From the NCBI GenBank assembly GCA_947502765.1, contig CANNBA010000006.1, positions 38,861-102,860 of the forward strand: a stretch of DNA of 64,000 nucleotides, given 5' to 3'. Source of the stretch: Flavobacteriales bacterium (GTDB lineage: Bacteria > Bacteroidota > Bacteroidia > Flavobacteriales > BACL11). Positions 37,156-45,904 of this stretch are shown here, piece after piece; position 1 is the stretch's first letter; each line of letters opens with the position of its first letter. Below the pieces are notes generated by a model. The model saw only the letters and a list, made by a program, of their open reading frames with translations. It was not told where the DNA came from and ran no database searches. The translations under genes were made by a program, and so were the position numbers.

Positions 37156-38232
37156 TTATGACAAATTAATTTTTAGGTCCGCAACAAATTGTTTTATTTG
37201 TTGTTCATTTTCTTTTTTGCAGATAAGTAAAGTTCCTTCATTTTCTACAACTATATAACCATTCATCCCCTGCATTACAACTACCTTATCATTTGGAACT
37301 TTAATAATGTTATCCGTTGAATCATAAAGCATCACTTTGTTTCCTTGCACCGCATTTCTATTCTCATCAAGATCAAGATGCGCATACAAAGACCCCCAAG
37401 TGCCTAAATCGCTCCACCCAAGATCTGTAGGATAAACATATACATTTTCTGATTTTTCCATGATTCCATAATCAAGAGATATATTTTTACAGCCAGGAAA
37501 AACTCTATCAATAAATTCCGTTTCTTTACTGGTATTATAAAATTGTTTGCCTTGTTCAAAAACATCATACATATCACGCAATTGTTTGCGAAAAGCTAAT
37601 GTTATGGATTTAGCACTCCAAACAAACATCCCAGAATTCCATAAAAAATCGCCACTATCTAAAAAATTAAGAGCCAACTCCTGATTTGGTTTCTCAGTAA
37701 AAGTTTTAACCTTTCTTATTCTTTGGTGATTGTCTAATTTCTCAGGTGTAAATTGAATATACCCATAGCCTGTATCGGGCCTTGAAGGAGTGATCCCAAG
37801 AGTTAATAAAATATCATTCTTAGCAACTACTTCCAAACAATCATTAGCCACTCTTACAAATTCATCTTCTTTAAGAATTATATGATCAGATGCGGCAATG
37901 ATCATATTGGCATTCTCATTCATACTCTGAATTTTAAAAGCGGCATACGCAACACAAGGAGCAGTATTTCTCATAGCGGGTTCGCAAAGAATATTACTTT
38001 CAATGACATTTGGCAATTGTTCTAAACACAGGTCTTTATAATTTTTATTGGTTACAATTAATATGTTTTCTTTAGGGCAAACTCTTTGTAAACGATTAAA
38101 TGTTTGCTGAATTAGAGTTTCTCCTGTACCTAATATATCTAGAAATTGTTTGGGGAAAGTAACTTTGCTCATGGGCCAAAACCTTGAGCCTATTCCTCCT
38201 GCCATTATTACGGCATAATTATTTTTATTCAT
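37156..38232 (-). CDS. Mannose-1-phosphate guanylyltransferase (GDP-mannose pyrophosphorylase)
   Basis: AVIMAGGIGSRFWPMSK..PKQFL nucleotidyltransferase motif. About 358 aa from ATG 38232; the track start at 38238 is a TTG. Confidence 0.9.
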   Translation of the reverse strand: MNKNNYAVIMAGGIGSRFWPMSKVTFPKQFLDILGTGETLIQQTFNRLQRVCPKENILIVTNKNYKDLCLEQLPNVIESNILCEPAMRNTAPCVAYAAFKIQSMNENANMIIAASDHIILKEDEFVRVANDCLEVVAKNDILLTLGITPSRPDTGYGYIQFTPEKLDNHQRIRKVKTFTEKPNQELALNFLDSGDFLWNSGMFVWSAKSITLAFRKQLRDMYDVFEQGKQFYNTSKETEFIDRVFPGCKNISLDYGIMEKSENVYVYPTDLGWSDLGTWGSLYAHLDLDENRNAVQGNKVMLYDSTDNIIKVPNDKVVVMQGMNGYIVVENEGTLLICKKENEQQIKQFVADLKINLS

Positions 38233-38291
38233 CTTCAACTATCTTTCTCAAAAAAAATTGGCCGCTAAAATACAATAATTAAAACTATAAT

Positions 38292-38879
38292 TTATTGCCC
38301 CTTAATGACTTCCGCAAAAGAATGAAATAAATAGGTCTTATTTGTTTTGTGCTCGATACATTTATATCTTTTTCTGATTTTTTCACCTTTGACAAAGATT
38401 TTTCCATTAGCAATTTTAAACGAATCTCCAACTGCTAAATCTGATATAGTAACAGATGGTAATTGATCGTATTTTTTTAATACTCTAACCAATTCCAAAT
38501 CGGCAAAAGTGGATGCTTTTGGACTTATCATATGACGGCTTAATACTTTTAATATATCATCTGGAAAATAATCAGGAGTTAGAAAATTAAGCATTAAGGA
38601 TTTAAATGTTAATTGCCAACTTTTAGCATGTGGTTTTAGCCTGTTTTGATATTTCTTAAAAACAAAAGCATGCGCTAACTCGTGAGTTAATGTAATCAAA
38701 AATGAATACTTATTCAAATTATTATTTACCGTAATACTCATCTGATTGCTTCTAACTTTAAAATCTCCCAATTTGGTTTTTCTTGGAGCTAAAATTTTAA
38801 CAGTCACCTTGAGCTCATCAACCCAACATTGCAATAATTTATTGCTTTTTTCAGGTACAAATGAATAAAAAATACTCAT
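38292..38879 (-). CDS. SprT-like zinc-metalloprotease domain protein
   Basis: 195 aa with a THELAHAF (HExxH) motif in an SprT-like context. Confidence 0.65.
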   Translation of the reverse strand: MSIFYSFVPEKSNKLLQCWVDELKVTVKILAPRKTKLGDFKVRSNQMSITVNNNLNKYSFLITLTHELAHAFVFKKYQNRLKPHAKSWQLTFKSLMLNFLTPDYFPDDILKVLSRHMISPKASTFADLELVRVLKKYDQLPSVTISDLAVGDSFKIANGKIFVKGEKIRKRYKCIEHKTNKTYLFHSFAEVIKGQ

Positions 38880-40957
38880 TAACTAAGTAATTGAAATGCC
38901 AAAAGACTAGATAAGTAAGCCATTACGCCCATATATAAAAACTGAATTACAGGCCATTTCCAATGTTTGGTCTCACGATAAACAATGGCGACTGTACTCA
39001 TGCACTGCATGGCAAATGCGTAAAAAAGCATCAATGAAATACCTACTGCTGGTGTGAAAAATGCTTTTCCGGTTTCTGGATTTTTTAAATCTGCAAGTCG
39101 TGTTTGAATGGATTGAATGTCATTATCTCCTACACTATATATAGTTGACATAGTACCAACAAAAACCTCACGAGCTGCAAAAGAAGTAATTAATGAAATG
39201 CCTATTTTCCAGTCAAAACCTAGTGGCTTTATAGCTGGCTCAATTACTTTACCAATAATTCCTGCATAAGAAGCTTCTAATTTATCAGCGGCAATATGAG
39301 TTTCTGAATCTGCTTTACCAGCCCATTCTTGTTCAATTTTTTCAAATTTATCTCCTGGAGCAAATGAGGATAAAAACCATAATACTATGGATATTGCAAT
39401 AATAATTTTACCGGCATCAAACAAAAAAACTTTTACTTTTTCAACAATAGTGTAAGCAACCGTTTTCCAATCTGGAATTTTATAAGAAGGCAGCTCCATT
39501 ATATAGTAAGATCGTTCTTGTGATTTAATAATAAATTTCAATAGAAAAGCTATTGCTATTGCCGCCACAAATCCAATCAGATAAAAAGCCATCATAACCA
39601 GGCCTTGTAAGTTAAATCCAAAATAATCTTCAGAGGGTATAATAAGTGCAATAATTAAGGTGTAAACGGGCAAACGAGCTGAACAACTCATAAGTGGAGT
39701 TACCATTATTGTTATAATTCTTTCCTTCCATGATGAAATAGTACGAGCCGACATAATAGCCGGAACCGCACAAGCTGCTCCACTAAGTAGTGGAATAATT
39801 GATCTTCCATTAAGTCCAACTCCTCTTAGTAATTTATCAGTAATAAAACTCACACGGGCCATATAACCAGTATCTTCCAAAAAGGCAACAAAAGCAAACA
39901 AGAAAGCAATTTGAGGAACAAAAATTAAAATTCCTCCAAGCCCAGCAAGAATGCCATTTACAATTAAATCATTTAATAGCCCTTGAGGCAAAGCATTTGC
40001 TGTGAACTTTTGCAAATCAACAAAGAGACCATCAATCAGCTCCATTGGGTAGGCCGACCAAGAAAAAACTGCTTGAAAAAGTAAAAATAACACTCCTAAA
40101 AAAACTACATACCCCCAAAAAGGATGTATTAAAATATCATCAATCTTTTTAGTAAACATATATTTTCCAATAGGCTTTCCTTGTTTTACTGTGGCTTTAA
40201 TGACTTTATCAATCTGAGCGTATCGATTGACAGTTTCTTTAGCTTGTGCTCTTTCAGGAATAATTTCTTCTTTTTTACAAAGTTGATTTAATGCACATCT
40301 ATTATTTGTCTCTCCACTTAACTTTTGCTTACAAAGAGCCATAAATGAGGCATAATCATTTTCTATTCCTCTAATTTTGTTGGCTTGCTCAATTACCCCT
40401 TTGAATAATTTTGTGATTTCTAGAAATGGAAAATTTGGCTTTTTTTCAATTGAATGAATGATTGTTTTTTTCAAAGTATCAAGTCCTTTTCCTTTTCGGG
40501 CATTTATTGCAACAACAGCAATTCCTAGCTCTTGCGAGAGTAAATTTACATCAACAATTATTCCTTTTTTAGTGGCAATATCAACCATATTAAGAGCCAA
40601 TACAACCTCCATATTCAAATCAATAATTTGAGTAAGCAAAAAGATGGATCGTCTTAAATTGGAAGCATCAGCAACAACTACCGTGATATCCGGATAATCT
40701 ATATTCTCATTATTGCACAATACTTGTTGTGCCACTTCCTCATCCATTGATTTTGGAAATAAGGAGTAAGTCCCTGGTAAATCAATAACTTCTGCTTTAA
40801 ACTCTTCTGATAAGTTTGCTTTTCCACTTTTTTTCTCAACAGTAATGCCTGGATAATTTCCAACTTTTTGCTTAAGCCCTGTGAGTGCATTAAAAAGAGT
40901 TGTTTTTCCGGAATTAGGATTTCCAGCAAGTGCTATTTTAATTGACTTTTTACTCAT
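38879..40957 (-). CDS. feoB: Ferrous iron transporter FeoB
   Basis: 692 aa with an N-terminal G-domain (GNPNSGKTTLFNALTG, DLPGTYS, NMVD) followed by a polytopic permease. Confidence 0.95.
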   Translation of the reverse strand: MSKKSIKIALAGNPNSGKTTLFNALTGLKQKVGNYPGITVEKKSGKANLSEEFKAEVIDLPGTYSLFPKSMDEEVAQQVLCNNENIDYPDITVVVADASNLRRSIFLLTQIIDLNMEVVLALNMVDIATKKGIIVDVNLLSQELGIAVVAINARKGKGLDTLKKTIIHSIEKKPNFPFLEITKLFKGVIEQANKIRGIENDYASFMALCKQKLSGETNNRCALNQLCKKEEIIPERAQAKETVNRYAQIDKVIKATVKQGKPIGKYMFTKKIDDILIHPFWGYVVFLGVLFLLFQAVFSWSAYPMELIDGLFVDLQKFTANALPQGLLNDLIVNGILAGLGGILIFVPQIAFLFAFVAFLEDTGYMARVSFITDKLLRGVGLNGRSIIPLLSGAACAVPAIMSARTISSWKERIITIMVTPLMSCSARLPVYTLIIALIIPSEDYFGFNLQGLVMMAFYLIGFVAAIAIAFLLKFIIKSQERSYYIMELPSYKIPDWKTVAYTIVEKVKVFLFDAGKIIIAISIVLWFLSSFAPGDKFEKIEQEWAGKADSETHIAADKLEASYAGIIGKVIEPAIKPLGFDWKIGISLITSFAAREVFVGTMSTIYSVGDNDIQSIQTRLADLKNPETGKAFFTPAVGISLMLFYAFAMQCMSTVAIVYRETKHWKWPVIQFLYMGVMAYLSSLLAFQLLS

Positions 40958-41183
40958 TTACCAGTAACTTAACAGCAATACTTCTTGCATCTTCTTTTCT
41001 GATACTTAATATATAAGAGGAAATGAGTATTGCAATAGGTCCTCCAAAAGGAGCTTTGCGAACCACTTCAAATTGTTCGCCAGGAGTACAGCCCATTTCT
41101 AACAATTTCTGTTCCAAACTATTATCATAAATTTGAACCATTTCTCCTTTTGAACCAATAGATAATTCCGCTAAATTTTGCAT
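40950..41183 (-). CDS. feoA: Ferrous iron transport protein FeoA
   Basis: About 77 aa from ATG 41183, an SH3-like FeoA domain (GEMVQI..LLEMGCTPGEQFEVV). It overlaps the feoB start. Confidence 0.85.
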   Translation of the reverse strand: MQNLAELSIGSKGEMVQIYDNSLEQKLLEMGCTPGEQFEVVRKAPFGGPIAILISSYILSIRKEDARSIAVKLLVNE

Positions 41184-41186
41184 GTG

Positions 41187-41194
41187 CAAATATA
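41187..41194 (-). promoter_or_regulatory. -7 promoter box TATATTTG abutting the feoA start
   Basis: Plus-strand caaatata is an exact TAnnTTTG on the minus strand, followed by CAC and then ATG 41183. It overlaps the TTG (41189) used by the ORF track. Confidence 0.5.
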
Positions 41195-41228
41195 GCTATT
41201 TAGAATAAATCTAAAGTAAGCTAGCTAT

Positions 41229-41354
41229 TTATTTAATAGTATTGTGTGCTGAAAAATTAGGACAAGTATTGCACCCTTTTTTCTTTGAAACCCCGCAAGA
41301 AGAAAGTACAAACAAAGCAATAATCAATAAAAGATGATACTTTTGTATTCTCAT
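41229..41354 (-). CDS. Unlisted 41-aa lipoprotein small ORF with a CxxC motif, upstream of feoAB
   Basis: Manual translation gives MRIQKYHLLLIIALFVLSSCGVSKKKGCNTCPNFSAHNTIK. The lipobox is VLSS-C, giving a mature 22-aa peptide with CNTC. It has its own exact promoter box 8 nt upstream. Confidence 0.45.
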   Translation of the reverse strand: MRIQKYHLLLIIALFVLSSCGVSKKKGCNTCPNFSAHNTIK

Positions 41355-41362
41355 AATAAATA

Positions 41363-41370
41363 CAAAGTTA
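41363..41370 (-). promoter_or_regulatory. -7 promoter box TAACTTTG upstream of the 41-aa lipoprotein small ORF
   Basis: Plus-strand caaagtta is an exact TAnnTTTG on the minus strand, with an 8-nt spacer to ATG 41354. Confidence 0.45.
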
Positions 41371-41392
41371 ATTAAATTATTATTTTTATCAG

Positions 41393-42133
41393 ATGTTAAA
41401 ACTATTAAAACACTTTGGGCTTTACTTCATAATGATGAAAAAAGTGATGAGTATGCCTGAAAAGTGGAGTGCATTTAGGAGTCAATTAGTATTAGAATTG
41501 GAAAAAGTAGGCATAAACTCAATTGGCATTGTAATATTTATTTCATTTTTTGTAGGGGGTGTTGTTAGCATACAGACAGCATTAAACCTAGAAAGTCCTT
41601 TACTTCCTAAATACTTAATTGGTTTGGCTAGTAGAGATTCTTTAATTTTGGAATTCTCCCCTACTATGATTTCATTAATTCTAGCCGGAAAAGTAGGTTC
41701 TAGTATCGCATCAGAAATTGGAAGTATGCGCGTAAGCGAACAAATTGATGCTTTAGAAATAATGGGTGTAAACTCAACCTCCTTTTTAATACTACCTAAA
41801 ATAATTGCTTCTCTTTTCTTTTTTCCTTTTTTAGTAATTTTAAGTATGGGAATTGGAATGATAGGTGCTTGGGTTGGGGCACTATCCGTTGACATAACAA
41901 CTACTGAATTTCTTTCTGGACTGAGATATGAATTCAGATCATACTATATAACATATGCTATTGTAAAAACTATATTCTTTGCATTTATAGTTTCGTCAAT
42001 ATCCTCTTATTTTGGCTATCATGTAAAAGGAGGATCAATTGCTGTAGGCAAATCAAGCACAGATGCAGTAGTATATAGCAGTATTGTTATTCTTGTTTTC
42101 AACTTTATTTTAACCAAACTTATTTTAGCATGA
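41393..42133 (+). CDS. MlaE-family ABC transporter permease
   Basis: 246 aa with five or six TM helices. GSSIASEIGSMRVSEQIDALEIMG is the characteristic MlaE/Ttg2B motif. Confidence 0.85.
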   Translation: MLKLLKHFGLYFIMMKKVMSMPEKWSAFRSQLVLELEKVGINSIGIVIFISFFVGGVVSIQTALNLESPLLPKYLIGLASRDSLILEFSPTMISLILAGKVGSSIASEIGSMRVSEQIDALEIMGVNSTSFLILPKIIASLFFFPFLVILSMGIGMIGAWVGALSVDITTTEFLSGLRYEFRSYYITYAIVKTIFFAFIVSSISSYFGYHVKGGSIAVGKSSTDAVVYSSIVILVFNFILTKLILA

Positions 42134-42882
42134 TAGAAATAAAGAATATTGAAAAAAAATTTGGAGATAATCATGTCCTAAAAAATGTAAGTTTTACTTT
42201 CGAACAAGGCAAGACGAATCTCATCATTGGGGAAAGTGGGTCGGGAAAAACAACGCTTATTAAAATTTTAGTAGGACTGCACCAAAAAGATCAAGGGACT
42301 GTGTTGTTTAACGGAGAGGATATACATCAAATGAGCACCAAAGAAACAAGAAAATTCCGACAAGAAATAGGAATGCTTTTTCAGGGAGGCGCTCTTTATG
42401 ATTATATGACAGTAGAGGAAAATATCATGTTTCCGCTAACTATGTTTACCGACAAAACAGAAGCTGAGATGCTAGAAAGAGTTAATTTTTGTTTAAAAAG
42501 AGTGAACCTTGAAGGCAAAAATAATTTAATGCCCTCAGAGCTGAGTGGAGGAATGAAAAAAAGAGTAGCGATTGCTAGGGCAATTGTTATGCAGCCAAAG
42601 TATCTTTTTTGTGATGAGCCAAACTCAGGTCTTGACCCAAAGACCGCTATTGTAATAGATGATTTAATACAAGAAATCACTGAGGAATACAATATCACTA
42701 CTATTGTAAATACACATGATATGAACTCTGTAATACAAATTGGAACAAATATTGCATTTATTCATAAAGGAGAAATGTGGTGGAAAGGAAGTAAAGAAGA
42801 CCTTATTAACTCCAACAATAAAGAACTCCTAGATTTTGTATTTGCATCCGAACTTTTTAAAAGATTAAAGAAATCATCATGA
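42130..42882 (+). CDS. ABC transporter ATP-binding protein (MlaF-like)
   Basis: 250 aa with Walker A GESGSGKTT, signature LSGGMKKR and Walker B LFCDEP. Its ATGA overlaps the permease gene stop. Confidence 0.85.
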   Translation: MIEIKNIEKKFGDNHVLKNVSFTFEQGKTNLIIGESGSGKTTLIKILVGLHQKDQGTVLFNGEDIHQMSTKETRKFRQEIGMLFQGGALYDYMTVEENIMFPLTMFTDKTEAEMLERVNFCLKRVNLEGKNNLMPSELSGGMKKRVAIARAIVMQPKYLFCDEPNSGLDPKTAIVIDDLIQEITEEYNITTIVNTHDMNSVIQIGTNIAFIHKGEMWWKGSKEDLINSNNKELLDFVFASELFKRLKKSS

Positions 42883-43631
42883 AAGATGTAAGGGCAAAAA
42901 AACACCTTGGTCAGCACTTTTTAAATGATTCAAGGATTGCTTTTGACATCACTGATTTATTAAGTAAGAACGCGAAAAATGTAGTTGAGATTGGCCCAGG
43001 CATGGGAGTGCTTACCCAATTTCTAGTAAAAAAAGATTACACAACTCAAGTTGTAGAAATTGACTCAGAAAGTGTCTTTTACCTCCGATTAAATTATCCA
43101 AATCTTAATATCTATGAAGGAGATTTTTTACAATTAGACCTTAAAAAAAAGTATCCTTTTAATTTCTCATTAATTGGAAATTTCCCATATAACATATCTT
43201 CTCAAATATTATTTAAAGCCTTTGAAAATAGAGATCAAATAGCTGAAATAATAGGCATGTTTCAAAAAGAGGTAGCGGAAAGAATCGTGTGCAAAAAAGG
43301 AAAACAAAGAGGAATTCTATCCGTTTTCTTACAAGCATTTTATGATATAGAATACTGTTTTACAGTTAATGAAGATGTATTTATTCCTCCTCCAAAAGTA
43401 AAGTCAGGAGTCATAAAATTATTAAGAAATAATAGAAAAGAACTGTCTGTAGATGAAAATAAATTTAAGCAAATTGTTAAAGCAGCATTTAATCAGAGAA
43501 GAAAAACGTTACGTAATGCCTTAAAACCTTTAACATTAATACATGAAAAAGAAATTGCAGATTTACTACCTTTACGAGCGGAACAATTATCAGTTGATGA
43601 TTTTATAAACCTTACGAATCATGTCGAATAA
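42879..43631 (+). CDS. rsmA: 16S rRNA (adenine1518/1519-N6)-dimethyltransferase RsmA/KsgA
   Basis: 250 aa with KHLGQHFL, EIGPGMG (SAM-binding) and NFPYNISS motifs. Confidence 0.9.
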   Translation: MKDVRAKKHLGQHFLNDSRIAFDITDLLSKNAKNVVEIGPGMGVLTQFLVKKDYTTQVVEIDSESVFYLRLNYPNLNIYEGDFLQLDLKKKYPFNFSLIGNFPYNISSQILFKAFENRDQIAEIIGMFQKEVAERIVCKKGKQRGILSVFLQAFYDIEYCFTVNEDVFIPPPKVKSGVIKLLRNNRKELSVDENKFKQIVKAAFNQRRKTLRNALKPLTLIHEKEIADLLPLRAEQLSVDDFINLTNHVE

Positions 43632-44973
43632 AATAGACATAAATAGCGCCTATATTGAAGAAGTAACAGCTCTAATTGAGAATAAAAACTCATCAAAATT
43701 AATCGAAATAATTGCTGAGCTTCATGTTGCAGATATTGCTGAAATCATTAAAGATTTATCTGATCAAAACGCTAAATATTTTTACCATTTAATTACTGAT
43801 GAAGAGGAGTCGGCAGCTATACTTATCGAACTTGAAGATGATACTAGAGAAAATTTACTTCAAGATTTATCAGCAAAAGAAATTGCAGAAGAAGTAATTG
43901 AAAATCTAGCAACTGATGATGCGGCAGATTTGATGGGAGAGTTATCAGAAGATAAAAAAAATGAAGTACTTTCACATATTGAGGATTTAGAACACGCAAG
44001 TGATATTAGTGATCTATTAAGTTACCCAGAAGATACAGCTGGTGGTCTTATGGCAAAAGAGTTAATAAAAGTAAACGAAAACTGGAATACCGTTCAATGT
44101 CTTAAAGAAATGCGCAAGCAGGCCGATAATGTAAAAACAGTTTTTACTATATATGTAGTTGATGATAACGACAAGCTTCTTGGACTAATGTCACTTAGAA
44201 GATTGCTACTTACTGAAAGAGCAACTGCAATTAAAGAAATCATGTTTACTGACATTATTTCTGTAAAAGCAACTGAAGAGAATGAGAATGTTGCAAATAT
44301 GATGCAAAAATATGATTTAGTTGTCCTGCCAGTTGTGGATGATTCAGGAAGGCTTCTTGGCAGGATAACCATTGATGATGTTATGGATGTTGCTAAAGAA
44401 GAAGCGGAGAAAGATTATCAAATGGCAAGTGGTATATCGGAAGATGTTGAAAGTAGCGATAGCATATGGGAACTCACAAGAGCCCGACTTCCATGGCTAC
44501 TAATTGGAATGATAGGTGGACTGTTTGGAGCAAAAGTAATAGGGATATTTGATTTAGAAAAAAACTTTGAATTGGCTTTTTTTATTCCACTTATTGCTGC
44601 TATGGGCGGTAATGTTGGGATACAATCTGCCGCTATAGTAGTACAAGGTTTAGCAAATGATTCATTAAAAATGGAGAATATCTTTCAAAAATTACTAAAA
44701 GAGTTAGGAGTAGGACTATTAAACGGAATTATCTGTTCGGTAATCATATTGGGAGCTACATTTGCATTAGGATATAGCATGGAACTTAGCCTAACTGTAA
44801 GTATTTCATTATTAGCAGTAATAGTTTTTGCAGCCTTATTCGGAACATTTATACCCCTTACATTAGAAAAATACAATATTGATCCTGCGCTTGCAACTGG
44901 TCCCTTTATAACCACAGTAAATGATGTACTAGGGCTATTTATCTATTTCTGGATCGGGCAAGCAATACTCTAA
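43621..44973 (+). CDS. mgtE: Magnesium transporter MgtE
   Basis: 450 aa with an acidic N-domain, a CBS pair and a TM domain containing GGNVGIQSAA. Confidence 0.95.
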   Translation: MSNKIDINSAYIEEVTALIENKNSSKLIEIIAELHVADIAEIIKDLSDQNAKYFYHLITDEEESAAILIELEDDTRENLLQDLSAKEIAEEVIENLATDDAADLMGELSEDKKNEVLSHIEDLEHASDISDLLSYPEDTAGGLMAKELIKVNENWNTVQCLKEMRKQADNVKTVFTIYVVDDNDKLLGLMSLRRLLLTERATAIKEIMFTDIISVKATEENENVANMMQKYDLVVLPVVDDSGRLLGRITIDDVMDVAKEEAEKDYQMASGISEDVESSDSIWELTRARLPWLLIGMIGGLFGAKVIGIFDLEKNFELAFFIPLIAAMGGNVGIQSAAIVVQGLANDSLKMENIFQKLLKELGVGLLNGIICSVIILGATFALGYSMELSLTVSISLLAVIVFAALFGTFIPLTLEKYNIDPALATGPFITTVNDVLGLFIYFWIGQAIL

Positions 44974-44974
44974 A

Positions 44975-45904
44975 ATGAAAATCCTCTTTATTGATACAGT
45001 ACACCCTCTTTTAAAACAAGAGCTAGAGAAATATCATCATCATTGTGATACTGCTTACAATAAGAAAAAAGCAGAAATTGAAGAAACTATTCATAACTAT
45101 GATGGTATTATTATAAGAAGTAAATTTAATATTGACCAGCAATTTATAGCCAAAGCATTTAACTTAAAATTTATTGCACGAGCAGGAAGTGGTTTGGAAA
45201 ATATTGATGTAGCTTATGCCCAAAGCAAAAAAATTAAATGCTACAATGCAGCTGCAGGCAACAGACAAGCAGTAGCAGAACATGCCCTTGGGATGCTTCT
45301 TTCTTTATTCAATAATTTAAAGAATTGTGATACTGAAGTAAGACAGGGTAAATGGAACAGAGAATCAAATAGAGGAATAGAACTCTCTGGAAAAACAGTA
45401 GCAATTATTGGCTATGGTAATAATGGTTCGGCTTTTGCTGAAATTCTAAAAGGATTTGGAGTACGTATTTTAGCCTATGACAAATACCTCAATAACTACT
45501 CTTATCAAAGCAGTATGGAAATCATCTATAAAGAATCAGATATCCTTAGTTTACACATACCGCTAACAGAAGAAACTACATATTTGGTTAATGATAATTT
45601 TATAAATAATTTTCAAAAGAAATTTTACTTAATAAATACTGCAAGGGGAAAATGTGTAAATACAAAAGATCTAGTCTCTGCTTTAGAAAGTGGTAAAATT
45701 AAAGGCGCCTGTTTGGATGTTTTGGAATACGAAAATACCTCTTTTGAAAACTTAAGTAAAGATAGAATCACAATCGATATGAAATACCTAATCGATTCTG
45801 ATAAAACTATCCTAACACCTCATATAGCAGGGTGGACTCTAGAAAGCAATATTAAAATAAGTGAAATTTTACTCCAAAAGATTATTTCTGATTTTGGGCA
45901 ATAA
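44975..45904 (+). CDS. D-isomer-specific 2-hydroxyacid dehydrogenase (phosphoglycerate dehydrogenase-like)
   Basis: 309 aa with NAD-binding GYGNNG, and the catalytic context ARG and PHIAGWT. Confidence 0.85.
   Translation: MKILFIDTVHPLLKQELEKYHHHCDTAYNKKKAEIEETIHNYDGIIIRSKFNIDQQFIAKAFNLKFIARAGSGLENIDVAYAQSKKIKCYNAAAGNRQAVAEHALGMLLSLFNNLKNCDTEVRQGKWNRESNRGIELSGKTVAIIGYGNNGSAFAEILKGFGVRILAYDKYLNNYSYQSSMEIIYKESDILSLHIPLTEETTYLVNDNFINNFQKKFYLINTARGKCVNTKDLVSALESGKIKGACLDVLEYENTSFENLSKDRITIDMKYLIDSDKTILTPHIAGWTLESNIKISEILLQKIISDFGQ

Noticed and set aside
41482-41895. Track ORFs of 60-140 aa lying antisense to well-supported genes. Examples are 41482-41895 opposite mlaE, 58276-58674 and 58843-59100 opposite mreB, 52404-52748 opposite pfp, 55032-55334 opposite mfd, 44094-44372 opposite mgtE, 9028-9288 opposite purS, and 11356-11838 opposite kpsF.
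   Set aside because: Each is fully embedded in a gene with clear family motifs on the other strand. They have low-complexity or Ser/Ile/Phe-rich translations and no promoter box or recognisable motif. I treat them as chance open frames in AT-rich DNA.
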